A stretch of 64,000 nt of DNA from Planctomycetota bacterium. GTDB taxonomy: Bacteria; Planctomycetota; UBA1135; UBA2386. A model generated the notes under the pieces. That model was not told where the DNA came from. It was given only the letters and a program-made list of their open reading frames with translations, and did not search any database. Positions 1 to 9,201 of this stretch are shown in pieces; position 1 is the first letter of the stretch, and each line of letters begins with the position of its first letter. The DNA is taken from NCBI GenBank assembly GCA_965228735.1, contig OZ245838.1, positions 5,856,001 to 5,920,000 on the forward strand. The letters run 5' to 3'. The position numbers were made by a program, and so were the translations under genes.

Positions 1-1
1 A

Positions 2-1993
2 GGGCACCGGCTGGAGCCGCGCGGCACGACGGACGAACGCGGCGAGTTCGCCTTCGACCGCGTGCCGCCCGGTCGGTTCACGTTGACGACGGTGTGTGCA
101 CATCCGCCCATTTCGGTGACGGTCGAGGCGGGGCGCCAGGTGCAAGTCGAGTATCGCATCGAAGCCGGCGTGCGCGTTCGCGGCCTCGTCGTTGACCCTG
201 ACGGCATTCCCGTGCCGGGCGCGAACATCGAGCACGTGCCGTACACCCGGACGGACTGCGATCCCACGGTCGTCGCGCAGACGGATGCGAACGGCGCATT
301 CACGGTTCGTGACCTGCCGTCGCCATGCTTGGTCGGCGCGCGGGCCAACGGGTTCGTCGCCTCGCGGCTGAGTTTCGTCGAAGGCAACGCCGGCACCGGT
401 GTCGAACTGCGGCTGGAACTGGCGCGTGGTGGTGGTGCCGTCGCGGGCATCGTCGTCGATGAGACCGGTCAGCCGATCGCGGATGCCTCGGTAGCGATCG
501 GCGGAGGCGACGTCACCGGCTTCTCACCGGGTGGCGACTTCGGTCGGCCCGGGCCGGCCGTCGTGCGAACGGCGCAAGACGGGCGGTTCGTCGCCCTCGG
601 GTTGCCGCCGGGGCCGCAGCCCGTGCAGGTCGTGGCCGCCGCGCACGCGAGTCAGCGCACGGTGTGCGATGTCGTGGAGTATACGACCGTGCCGCTACGG
701 ATCGTGATGGCGGCAGAGGCCCTCATCCATGGTCTCGTTCTCGGCGATGACGGCACGCCGGTCGAAGGCGCTCGAGTTCGCGTTGGCGATCGCCGGGCGC
801 TCGATTTCGTTCAGGCACGGTCGGATGCCGCCGGTCGGTTCGCGGTGCGCGGGCTCGGTCCGGGACGCCACACCGTGAACTGTTGGCATGCGGCGAAAGG
901 CAAGGCCGAGGTCCAACTCGTCGCAGGGCACGACGACGCAGCGATCCAGACGGTTCGGTTGAGTCGCGGAGTCGTTCGCACGGGAACGGTCACGGATGAA
1001 CACGGTGAACCGTTGGCGGGCATCACGATCCGGGGACTCGTCCTGGTCGAACCGGCGTGGAGTCGACTCACGCGTTCGGATGCCGATGGCCGCTTCGAGT
1101 TCTCGTCCTGCCCGGTCGACCGCAGCTTTCACGTGCACGCGAGCGGCGAGGGGTTCGTGCAGGCGCGCCGCTACGGCATCGAACCTGGCGGTGAGCCGAT
1201 CGCGATCGTGATGCGCCGCGAGCCGCCGGCCACGGCATCCGTCGTCGGAACCGTGCACGGGTCCGGCGGGGCTCCGTTGCCCGACGTGAGTGTCGCATTC
1301 CAATCGCGAACACCCGGGCGAGCCGTGCATGCGGTCACTGACGCCGAAGGCCGATTCGCATCGGAGCGGATCGTTCCGGGCAACTGGCGCGTAGCACTCT
1401 CGCATCCCGGCCATCCGAAGTGGCGGAGCTCGAGGCGGGAGCTCGGGGCGAACGAAGTCTGGGATCTGGGCGTCGTGCAGCTGCCGCTGACTGGTCGTGC
1501 GCACGTGACGGTTCGCGGCGCACACGAGGCCGAGGGCCTGCATCTGCGTATCGTCGAACGGGCAACGGGCTGCCCGAGCACGCTGACCGAGCGAGCCGAA
1601 GGGTTCGATTCGGGTCGGCTCGCTCCGGGTCGTCACGATCTCTTCCTGATGGGCGGTGCGTGCGCGTTGCAGTCCGTGCCGTTCACCGTGACGGCGGGCG
1701 AGACGACGAACGTGGAGGTCCGGACGACGCCGGGTGTCGTGCAGACCGTCGAATGTGACACGCGGGCGATCGACAACCTGGCCGGGCTGTCCGTTCTGGT
1801 CGATCGCGACGGCGTTCGCGTGGGGCGGGGATGGGCGCCGATCGAGCGCGGCGTCGCGCGCTCGGAGCTTCGCTTGGCGCCTGGGAAGTACTCGATCGAG
1901 TTCGTCGTTCCGTGGCTCGATACCATCGTCGCGGCGGGTGAGGTGACCGTCGCCGACGGCGTCCCTGGCACCGCGAGATGGACGGCGCGTTGA
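2..1993 (+). CDS. Carboxypeptidase regulatory-like (Cna-B/transthyretin-like) repeat surface protein, 5'-truncated by the window edge
   Basis: Frame is open from base 2 (GHRLEPRGTTDERGEFAF...). Repeated modules of the form GxVxDxxGxPxxGAxV...TDxxGRF (VRGLVVDPDGIPVPGA, VAGIVVDETGQPIADA, TGTVTDEHGEPLAG). Confidence 0.8.
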   Translation, partial: GHRLEPRGTTDERGEFAFDRVPPGRFTLTTVCAHPPISVTVEAGRQVQVEYRIEAGVRVRGLVVDPDGIPVPGANIEHVPYTRTDCDPTVVAQTDANGAFTVRDLPSPCLVGARANGFVASRLSFVEGNAGTGVELRLELARGGGAVAGIVVDETGQPIADASVAIGGGDVTGFSPGGDFGRPGPAVVRTAQDGRFVALGLPPGPQPVQVVAAAHASQRTVCDVVEYTTVPLRIVMAAEALIHGLVLGDDGTPVEGARVRVGDRRALDFVQARSDAAGRFAVRGLGPGRHTVNCWHAAKGKAEVQLVAGHDDAAIQTVRLSRGVVRTGTVTDEHGEPLAGITIRGLVLVEPAWSRLTRSDADGRFEFSSCPVDRSFHVHASGEGFVQARRYGIEPGGEPIAIVMRREPPATASVVGTVHGSGGAPLPDVSVAFQSRTPGRAVHAVTDAEGRFASERIVPGNWRVALSHPGHPKWRSSRRELGANEVWDLGVVQLPLTGRAHVTVRGAHEAEGLHLRIVERATGCPSTLTERAEGFDSGRLAPGRHDLFLMGGACALQSVPFTVTAGETTNVEVRTTPGVVQTVECDTRAIDNLAGLSVLVDRDGVRVGRGWAPIERGVARSELRLAPGKYSIEFVVPWLDTIVAAGEVTVADGVPGTARWTAR

Positions 1994-2179
1994 TTCGCCT
2001 CAGAACGGGAGGTTGTCTGCAACGCCAGCCGCGCGTTCGCGCTGTGTCCTCGCAGCGAGACAGCAGCGGTCGCCCTGGCGTTCGAAAGCGACGCGCTGGC
2101 GAGACAGAGTCGGGCGCCCTCGAACGGGATCGCGTCGCGGGTGAGCCGTGGACGCGAGACCGGGGATCCGTGCAACGCG

Positions 2180-2194
2180 CGGCACGACTTTCGC
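2180..2194 (+). promoter_or_regulatory. Putative sigma54 -24/-12 promoter
   Basis: CGGCACGACTTTCGC fits GG-N10-GC with a GGCACG core, 15 nt before ATG 2210. Confidence 0.5.
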
Positions 2195-2209
2195 GCTGAG
2201 GGGATCGCT

Positions 2210-2872
2210 ATGAAGCGATTCCCGTTGTTCCTCGTGGCGACCACTCTGTTGGTTACCGTCTCCGCATCTGCTCAGCGCGGTTCGCGCTCCGAGCGCAACG
2301 TGCGCGGGGGAGTCGCGGCTTCCCGTCACGTTGGCAACCACAATGTCTCGCCGGCTTCGCGGTCGGTTGCGCAGCGCGCGGCCACATCGAGGCAGACTGT
2401 CCGCGCGGGTAGTCGGGTCGTGTCCAACAACGCCGAGCTGCGTCGCGGTTCGCGGTCGTCGGCGCGCACTTCGGGGCGTTCCGAACGGTCGCAGCGCGGG
2501 GCGGCGCCTGGCGTCCGACTCGAGACGACTTCACGTGGTTTCGAACGCGGTCGCTCGCACGGCTATCGCAACGGTCGCGGTGTGATCGGCTTCGAACGTG
2601 GGCGTATCGAACGCGGCGTGCGCGGGCGTGGCCACGGCCACCAGCGCGTGTTCCGTCGCGGCTTCGGCTGGGGCTACTGGCAGGTCCGCACCGAGCGCGT
2701 GCTCGTCGAGGCCGGCCACTGGCACCGGCAGCACGTGCCCGCGGTCTACGGCTGGCTCTACGACTCTTGTGGCAACCGCTACTGGGGCATCGTGACGCCC
2801 GCCTGTTGGGAGCGCGTGTGGTGCCCGCCGCGGTACGAGAACCGCAGCTGCCGGGTCTGGGTCCGCTGCTGA
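2210..2872 (+). CDS. Secreted Arg/Ser/Gly-rich protein with Trp/Cys-rich (YXWGXW-like) C-terminus
   Basis: Signal peptide MKRFPLFLVATTLLVTVSASA-Q, low-complexity middle, C-terminal GYWQV..GHWHR..CWERVWCPPRY..CRVWVRC. Confidence 0.7.
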   Translation: MKRFPLFLVATTLLVTVSASAQRGSRSERNVRGGVAASRHVGNHNVSPASRSVAQRAATSRQTVRAGSRVVSNNAELRRGSRSSARTSGRSERSQRGAAPGVRLETTSRGFERGRSHGYRNGRGVIGFERGRIERGVRGRGHGHQRVFRRGFGWGYWQVRTERVLVEAGHWHRQHVPAVYGWLYDSCGNRYWGIVTPACWERVWCPPRYENRSCRVWVRC

Positions 2873-2895
2873 AACGGCAACGACGACCGCACCTG

Positions 2896-2928
2896 CTGAC
2901 CCGGGGCCGCACCCGCGGCCCCGGTCAG
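2896..2928 (+). terminator. GC-rich hairpin, probable terminator
   Basis: CTGACC(C)GGGGCCGC-ACCC-GCGGCCCCGGTCAG just after stop 2872; no U-tract. Confidence 0.5.
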
Positions 2929-2968
2929 AACGTGGCAGAATCGGCGTTCATTGGTTAGACAGGGGTCA

Positions 2969-4405
2969 ATGACCGACCAGGGTGAACGCTTCGACCACCC
3001 GCTGATCGAACGCTACAGCAGCCGCGAGATGGCGGCGCTCTTCTCGCCGCGCGCGCGGCACGGCGCCTGGCGCGACCTCTGGATCGCGCTCGCGAAAGCG
3101 CAGCACGCGGCCGGCTTGCCGGTGACCGCGGAGCAGATCGCGCAGCTCGAGGACAAGCGCGACGAGTTCGACTTCGCGCGCGTTCGGGAGATCGAGAAAG
3201 AGCTGCGCCACGACGTGATGGCGCACGTCACGCACTACGGCGAGCTCGCGCCGCTCGCCAAGCCGATCATCCACCTCGGCGCGACGAGCTGCTTCGTCAC
3301 CGACAACGGCGACCTCGTGCTCTACCGCGAAGCGCTGCGGCTCGTCGAGCAACGCCTCGCCGCGTGCGTGCGCGCGCTCGCCGACTTCGCCAAGGAATGG
3401 CGCAGTGAGCCGTGCCTCGGCTACACCCACTTCCAGGTCGCGCAGCCCGTCACGGTCGGCAAGCGCGCGTGTCTGTGGGCGCAGGATCTCGCGATGGACC
3501 TCGACGAGATCCGTCGCATCATCGAGTGGCTGCCGTTCCGCGGCGTCAAGGGCACGACCGGCACGCAGGCGACGTTCCTCACGCTCGCCGGCGGCGATCA
3601 CGAACGCGTCGCCAAGGTCGATGCCGCGGTGCGCGATGCGATGGGGTTCGAGCGCACGATCGCCGTCAGCGGTCAGACCTATACGCGCAAGATCGACTGG
3701 ACGATCCACCAGGCATTGTCCGGCATCGCGCAGTCCGCAGCGAAGTTCGGCAACGACCTGCGCCTCTTGTCGCACGAGGGCGAGATCGAAGAACCGAGCG
3801 AGAAGAAGCAGATCGGCAGCTCGGCGATGGCCTACAAGAAGAACCCGATGCGCAGCGAGCGCGTCTGCGCCCTCGCGCGCTACGTGATCGAAGCCGCGGG
3901 CACGAGCGCGCACACGGCCGCGACGCAGTGGCTCGAACGCACGCTCGACGACTCCGCCGTGCGCCGCATCGCGATCCCCGAGAGTTTTCTCGCGATCGAC
4001 GGCATCCTCATGCTCGTCGAGAACGTCGCGCGCGGTCTCGTGGTCTACCCGAAGGTCATCCGCAAGAAGCTGAACGCGCAGCTGCCGTTCCTCGCGACCG
4101 AGGAGATCCTCATGGCCGGCGTGCAGCAGGGCGGCGATCGTCAAGAACTGCACGAGCGGGTTCGCGTGCACAGCCGGGCGGCGGCCCACGCGATCAAGGC
4201 GGAAGGCAAGGACAACCCGCTGATGGACCTGATCATGGCCGACCCGGCGTTCGCCGCGATCAAGGACGACCTCCCGAGCCTGCTCGACCCGAGCCGCTTC
4301 GTCGGGCGGGCGCCGGAGCAGGTCGATGCGTTCTTGCAGAACGAGGTCGAACCGCGGCTCGCCGGCGGCGCTGGTGCTGGCGTGCGGAGCGAGGTCCGGG
4401 TGTAG
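2969..4405 (+). CDS. purB: Adenylosuccinate lyase
   Basis: RYSSREM, RHDVMAH, IHLGATS, GYTHFQVAQ and the fumarate-lyase signature GSSAMAYKKNPMRSE. Confidence 0.95.
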   Translation: MTDQGERFDHPLIERYSSREMAALFSPRARHGAWRDLWIALAKAQHAAGLPVTAEQIAQLEDKRDEFDFARVREIEKELRHDVMAHVTHYGELAPLAKPIIHLGATSCFVTDNGDLVLYREALRLVEQRLAACVRALADFAKEWRSEPCLGYTHFQVAQPVTVGKRACLWAQDLAMDLDEIRRIIEWLPFRGVKGTTGTQATFLTLAGGDHERVAKVDAAVRDAMGFERTIAVSGQTYTRKIDWTIHQALSGIAQSAAKFGNDLRLLSHEGEIEEPSEKKQIGSSAMAYKKNPMRSERVCALARYVIEAAGTSAHTAATQWLERTLDDSAVRRIAIPESFLAIDGILMLVENVARGLVVYPKVIRKKLNAQLPFLATEEILMAGVQQGGDRQELHERVRVHSRAAAHAIKAEGKDNPLMDLIMADPAFAAIKDDLPSLLDPSRFVGRAPEQVDAFLQNEVEPRLAGGAGAGVRSEVRV

Positions 4406-4500
4406 CGCCGGCGCGGGCGGTCCGGAGAGCAGGCCATGCCCGGACCGAGCGCGCCAGGAGTCTACGGGTGATATGCCAATGTGGCGCTCCACGCCATCGG

Positions 4501-4516
4501 CATGTCAACATGGCAC
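4501..4516 (+). promoter_or_regulatory. Palindromic upstream activator site (CATGTCA-N3-TGGCAC) for clpB
   Basis: CATGTCAACATGGCAC; the same motif lies upstream of hsp20 (39510-39525, minus). A second weaker site TGCCA-ATG-TGGCG is at about 4474-4486. Confidence 0.65.
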
Positions 4517-4594
4517 GATCGGACGGCTGGTGCTTTGGTTGTGCATGGATCGTAAGTAGCTATAGCAAGGTATCTAACGCTTAGTGTGGGGGGG

Positions 4595-4610
4595 CGGCAC
4601 GGAAGTCGCA
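4595..4610 (+). promoter_or_regulatory. Putative sigma54 -24/-12 promoter of clpB
   Basis: CGGCACGGAAGTCGCA fits GG-N10-GC; AT-rich CGTAAGTAGCTATAG at 4551-4565 lies between it and the upstream palindrome. Confidence 0.65.
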
Positions 4611-4630
4611 CATGGAAGGCCATGGTTGCG

Positions 4631-7267
4631 ATGGAGAAACTGACCCAGAAGTCCCAGGAGGCCCTCCAGCTGGCCCAGACCAAGGCCGTCACCTTCGGTC
4701 ACCAGCAGGTCGATGTCGGCCACCTTCTCACGGCGCTCGTCGAGCCGGCCGACGGTCTCGTCGCGCGGCTGCTGCAGCGCATGCAGGTTCCCGCCGACGT
4801 GCTGCAGGGCGCGGTCGAGGCCGAGCTGCGCAAGGCGCCGAAGGTCTCCGGACCGGGCTTCGAGGCCGACAAGATCTACCTGACGCAGGAGCTCGCGGCG
4901 GTGCTGACCGCGGCCGAGCAGCGCGCGGGCAAGATGCGCGACGAGTACGTCTCCGTCGAGCACCTGTTCCTCGCGATTCTCGGCTCGGCCAAGAACGGGC
5001 TCGCGGACGTCTTCAAGTCGTTCGCGCTCGACGAGGGCCGGTTCCTCAACGCGCTGAAGGAGGTGCGCGGCAATCAACGCGTGCAGAGCAACAACCCCGA
5101 GGCGACCTACGAGGCGCTCGAGCGCTACGGCCGCGACCTCGTGGAGCTCTGCAAGGCCGGCAAGATGGACCCGGTGATCGGCCGCGACGAGGAGATCCGG
5201 CGCGTGATCCGCATCCTCTCGCGCAAGACCAAGAACAACCCCGTGCTCATCGGCGAACCCGGCGTCGGCAAGACCGCGATCGCCGAGGGGCTCGCGCAAC
5301 GCATCGTGCGCGGTGACGTGCCCGAGGGCCTCAAGGACCGGACGGTGTTCGCGCTCGACATGGGCAGCCTCGTCGCCGGCGCGAAGTACCGCGGTGAGTT
5401 CGAGGAGCGCTTGAAGGCCGTGCTCAACGAGGTGACGCAGAGCGAGGGCCGCATCCTGCTCTTCATCGACGAGCTGCACACGATCGTCGGCGCCGGCAAG
5501 GCCGACGGTGCGATGGACGCGGGGAACATGCTCAAGCCGATGCTCGCGCGCGGCGAACTGCACTGCATCGGCGCGACGACGCTCGACGAGTATCGCCAGC
5601 ACATCGAGAAGGACGCGGCGCTCGAGCGGCGCTTCCAGCCCGTCGTCGTCGATCAGCCGACGGTCGAGGACACCGTGTCGATCCTGCGCGGCCTGCGCGA
5701 GCGCTTCGAGGTGCACCACGGCGTCAAGATCCAGGACGCGGCGCTCGTCAACGCGACGGTGCTGTCGCACCGCTACATCACGGACCGATTCCTGCCGGAC
5801 AAGGCGATCGACCTCGTCGACGAGGCCTGCGCGATGATCCGCACGGAGATCGACTCGCTGCCGACGGAGCTCGACGCGGTGTCGCGCCGGCTGATGCAGC
5901 TCGAGATCGAGGAGACCGCGCTGAGCAAGGAGAAGGACGCCGCGAGCAAGCAGCGGCTCAAGGAGCTCAAGAAGCAGATCCAGGAGCTGCGCGGGCAGGC
6001 CGACGCCCTGCGCGCGCAGTACGAGAGCGAGAAGCAGTCGATCGGCAAGGTCCGAGAGCTGCGCGAGCGGCTCGAGTCGCTGCGGCAGCAGCAGCAGGAC
6101 GCCGAGCGGCGCTACGACATGGACAAGGCCGCCGAGCTCAAGTACGGCGCGATTCCGACGGCCGAGAAGGAGCTCGCGGCCGAGGAGGAGCGCATGGCGG
6201 AGGCCGACGCCGAAGGTGCTGGCAGTGGCCATGGCCGGCTGCTGCGCGAGGAGGTCACGGGCGACGAGATCGCGCAGATCGTCGCGCGCTGGACGGGCAT
6301 CCCGGTCACGCGCCTCGTCGAGGGTGAGCGCGAGAAGCTGCTCAAGCTCGACGAGGTGCTGCACGAGCGCGTGATCGGCCAGGACGAGGCGGTCCAGGCC
6401 GTCGCCGACGCGGTGATTCGCGCACGCAGCGGCATCAAGGATCCGCGGCGACCGATCGGCTCGTTCTTGTTCCTCGGGCCGACGGGTGTCGGCAAGACGG
6501 AGCTCGCGAAGACACTCGCGGAGGCGCTGTTCGACAGCGAGGACAACATCGTGCGCATCGACATGTCCGAGTACATGGAGAAGCACGCGGTCAGCCGTCT
6601 CATCGGCGCGCCGCCGGGCTACGTCGGCTACGACGAGGGCGGGCAGCTCACCGAGGCGGTGCGGCGCAAGCCGTACTCGGTCGTGCTGTTCGACGAGATC
6701 GAGAAGGCGCACCCCGACGTGTTCCACGTGCTGCTGCAGGTGCTCGACGACGGGCGCGTGACGGACAGCCAGGGGCGGACGGTCGACTTCAAGAACACCG
6801 TGGTGATCATGACGTCCAACATCGGCGCGCCGCTCCTGCTCGAGGGCATCACCGCGGACGGTTCGATCAAGGACGCGGCGCGCGATCAGGTGATGGCCGA
6901 GTTGCGGCGTCACTTCCGGCCGGAGCTGCTCAACCGCATCGACGACACTGTGCTGTTCAAGCCGCTGCAGACCGACGAGATCCGCAAGATCGTCGACCTG
7001 CTGCTCGTGGACCTTCGGAAGCGCCTCGCGGATCGCCGCATCACGCTCGACGTGACGGACGAGGCCAAGGCGTTCCTCGGCTACCACGGCTACGACCCGG
7101 TCTACGGCGCGCGGCCGCTCAAGCGGTTCCTGCAGAAGGAGCTCGAGACGCGCCTCGGTCGCCGACTCATCGCCGGCGACATCGCCGACGGCAGCACCGT
7201 GCAGGTCGACATCACCGATGGTGAACTCGTGATCGACAGCGCGAGTGTGCCCGACGGCACGGCGTAG
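4631..7267 (+). CDS. clpB: ATP-dependent chaperone ClpB
   Basis: Clp N-domain, two AAA+ modules ([16 protein letters not shown]), M-domain coiled coil with AAELKYG, pore loop GYVGYDEGG. Alternative start is ATG 4622. Confidence 0.97.
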   Translation: MEKLTQKSQEALQLAQTKAVTFGHQQVDVGHLLTALVEPADGLVARLLQRMQVPADVLQGAVEAELRKAPKVSGPGFEADKIYLTQELAAVLTAAEQRAGKMRDEYVSVEHLFLAILGSAKNGLADVFKSFALDEGRFLNALKEVRGNQRVQSNNPEATYEALERYGRDLVELCKAGKMDPVIGRDEEIRRVIRILSRKTKNNPVLIGEPGVGKTAIAEGLAQRIVRGDVPEGLKDRTVFALDMGSLVAGAKYRGEFEERLKAVLNEVTQSEGRILLFIDELHTIVGAGKADGAMDAGNMLKPMLARGELHCIGATTLDEYRQHIEKDAALERRFQPVVVDQPTVEDTVSILRGLRERFEVHHGVKIQDAALVNATVLSHRYITDRFLPDKAIDLVDEACAMIRTEIDSLPTELDAVSRRLMQLEIEETALSKEKDAASKQRLKELKKQIQELRGQADALRAQYESEKQSIGKVRELRERLESLRQQQQDAERRYDMDKAAELKYGAIPTAEKELAAEEERMAEADAEGAGSGHGRLLREEVTGDEIAQIVARWTGIPVTRLVEGEREKLLKLDEVLHERVIGQDEAVQAVADAVIRARSGIKDPRRPIGSFLFLGPTGVGKTELAKTLAEALFDSEDNIVRIDMSEYMEKHAVSRLIGAPPGYVGYDEGGQLTEAVRRKPYSVVLFDEIEKAHPDVFHVLLQVLDDGRVTDSQGRTVDFKNTVVIMTSNIGAPLLLEGITADGSIKDAARDQVMAELRRHFRPELLNRIDDTVLFKPLQTDEIRKIVDLLLVDLRKRLADRRITLDVTDEAKAFLGYHGYDPVYGARPLKRFLQKELETRLGRRLIAGDIADGSTVQVDITDGELVIDSASVPDGTA

Positions 7268-7885
7268 TCAGTCGGTCTTGCCGCGCTCGCGCTCGAGCTG
7301 CTCGAGCTTCATCGTGAGCGCGGCGCGCGCGCGTGACAGCAGCATGCGCGTCGCGGCCTCGGTGCGATCGATCTCGGCCGCGACCTCTTCGATCGGGCGT
7401 TGGGCGAACACGAGTTGCTCGATCACCTCGCGATGTTCTTCGCGGACCTCGTGCAGCGCGCGGTAGACGAGCTCGACGTCCTCGACCTTCTGCAGGTCGG
7501 AGAGCGGTGACGACACCGTGCGCAGATAGGCGATCGTCAGCGCGTTGAGCTCCGTCGTGCGGCTCGGTGGCTTGCGCTTCTTGGCCGTGAGGTGGCGGTG
7601 CTGTTGGCGCGCGGAGTTCTCGATGATCGTCGTGACCCAGGCCGAGAATTCGCGAATGGTGCTGCCCTGGAACTTGCCGATGCCGCGCACGACCTCGACG
7701 TAGGCGTCCTGCAGCACGTCCGACACGCGGGTGCGGCCACGCAGGGCGGTGCCGACGCGGCGTTCCGCATCCGCGCGGAACTGATGCTCGAGGCGGGTCA
7801 GAAGACGGTCGAGGGCCGCGCTGTCGCCGGCGCGCGCGGCGTCGAGATCGGCCGCGAATGCCTTGTCATCGTTCCAATCCGTCAT
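7268..7885 (-). CDS. ECF sigma-70 factor, planctomycete kinase-associated type
   Basis: ARAGDSAALDRLL, VSDVLQDAY, FQGSTIREFSAWV (region 2); IEEVAAEIDRTEAATRMLLSRAR (region 4). Confidence 0.85.
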   Translation of the reverse strand: MTDWNDDKAFAADLDAARAGDSAALDRLLTRLEHQFRADAERRVGTALRGRTRVSDVLQDAYVEVVRGIGKFQGSTIREFSAWVTTIIENSARQQHRHLTAKKRKPPSRTTELNALTIAYLRTVSSPLSDLQKVEDVELVYRALHEVREEHREVIEQLVFAQRPIEEVAAEIDRTEAATRMLLSRARAALTMKLEQLERERGKTD

Positions 7886-8055
7886 GGCGCCACTCGGTTT
7901 TCGGAGCGTCGGTTTCGCCGTAAGTTACAACATGCGAAGGGGTTCGTGCCGGGCGGGCCCGCGCGTTGCCAGCAATCTCGGCAAATATGCGTTATCACCA
8001 TAGGGCGATCGCACCTTGTCGTCACTCGCCAATGACGGCCTGCCTACCCCGAAAC

Positions 8056-9189
8056 ATGAGCTACACCCGCAATCGGTTCGCCTCTCTCGCCGTTTTCCTG
8101 CTCCTCGCGCTCGGTGCCGCGAAGTCGCTGACTGCGCAGGTCCCGATCCTGTTCCCGGATCTGGCGATCAACCCGGTTGGGACCATCACCGGCACCGACG
8201 GCAAGGTGACGTTCAACCTCACGCAGCCGACGGGTTCGAAGCACGCCCTGCTCGTTTGCTACATCAACGTGACCGGCGAGGGGCAGTGGCCGGAGTTGAT
8301 TCGCGCCGCGATCCAGGCAGCCAATCACGCGAACATCGTGCAAGACGGCGGCGGGTCCTACACGGACTCCATCGCCGGCGTGGACGCGGATGCGCAAGCC
8401 GGCACCTATACCATACCGCCGAACATCATCGCGGAGGCCGTCGCGGAAGTGAACTGGGCCACCAACTCGATCCAGGATTGGGCCAAGCCGTTCAACGGAA
8501 CGATGGCGTGGCCGACGAACACCACGTCGACGACCCACTGGCCGACGAGCAACTGGCCGACCTCGTGCAGCACGATGCGATGGTCGACGCTCGGAACGGG
8601 GGTCAACTACGAGTTCGACGTCGGCGAGCTCATGGAGGCCTGCCTCGCTCGACAGATCGGCTACCACCTCGACAAGCCGATCACGCACCACGACGTCACG
8701 AGCCGCGTCGCGTCCGTGATGAAGCAGGCCAACGTGAAGTCGGCCGGCTTCGACCTCAATGCCATCGTCGTCGAGCTGCAGGATCCGCCCGGTGACACGC
8801 CGACGACGCCCGTCATCAAGCTGTCGCGCAGCCGCAAGATCAAGATCCAGGACCCCTCGCATGGCGGCGATCGCGACTTCTTCCACTTCGATCACATCTA
8901 TCCCATCACCGACTACTGCGAGCTGTTGCTCGACAGCGGCATGGGGTCGAACGTCCAGGTGCCGCAGGGTGACTACTGGCTCTACTATCCGGTGGACGGC
9001 GGCTACGAGACGATCCAGCTCGAGTTCACGGTGATCCAGGGCAACCACGCCTATCGCTGCCCGATCCTGCCGGCCGATGCGATCAGCGGTGAGATCATGG
9101 TCTACGACCACCTCAACCTGACGATCGCTCCGCTTGCTGGGCCGCAGGGCAAGTCCTGGATCTACGAGTACGAAGTGCTCAACAACTAG
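8056..9189 (+). CDS. Secreted hypothetical protein
   Basis: Signal peptide (FASLAVFLLLALGAAKSLTA-Q), strong GC3 codon bias, no family recognised. Confidence 0.75.
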   Translation: MSYTRNRFASLAVFLLLALGAAKSLTAQVPILFPDLAINPVGTITGTDGKVTFNLTQPTGSKHALLVCYINVTGEGQWPELIRAAIQAANHANIVQDGGGSYTDSIAGVDADAQAGTYTIPPNIIAEAVAEVNWATNSIQDWAKPFNGTMAWPTNTTSTTHWPTSNWPTSCSTMRWSTLGTGVNYEFDVGELMEACLARQIGYHLDKPITHHDVTSRVASVMKQANVKSAGFDLNAIVVELQDPPGDTPTTPVIKLSRSRKIKIQDPSHGGDRDFFHFDHIYPITDYCELLLDSGMGSNVQVPQGDYWLYYPVDGGYETIQLEFTVIQGNHAYRCPILPADAISGEIMVYDHLNLTIAPLAGPQGKSWIYEYEVLNN

Positions 9190-9201
9190 CCGGCCTGCTC
9201 C

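Noticed and set aside
4511..4525. TGGCACG as an additional sigma54 promoter
   Set aside because: No GC at the -12 position (TGGCACGATCGGACG); better explained as half of the upstream palindrome.
4406..4630. CIRCE/HrcA or HAIR/HspR operators at clpB or hsp20
   Set aside because: Neither TTAGCACTC-N9-GAGTGCTAA nor CTTGAGT-N7-ACTCAAG was seen upstream of either gene.
4574..7087. Long antisense ORFs (also 2966-4492, 16816-18468, 20586-24197, 25817-28783, 45068-49030, 60294-62216)
   Set aside because: Shadow frames opposite well-supported genes, expected from high GC3 codon bias; no motifs of their own.
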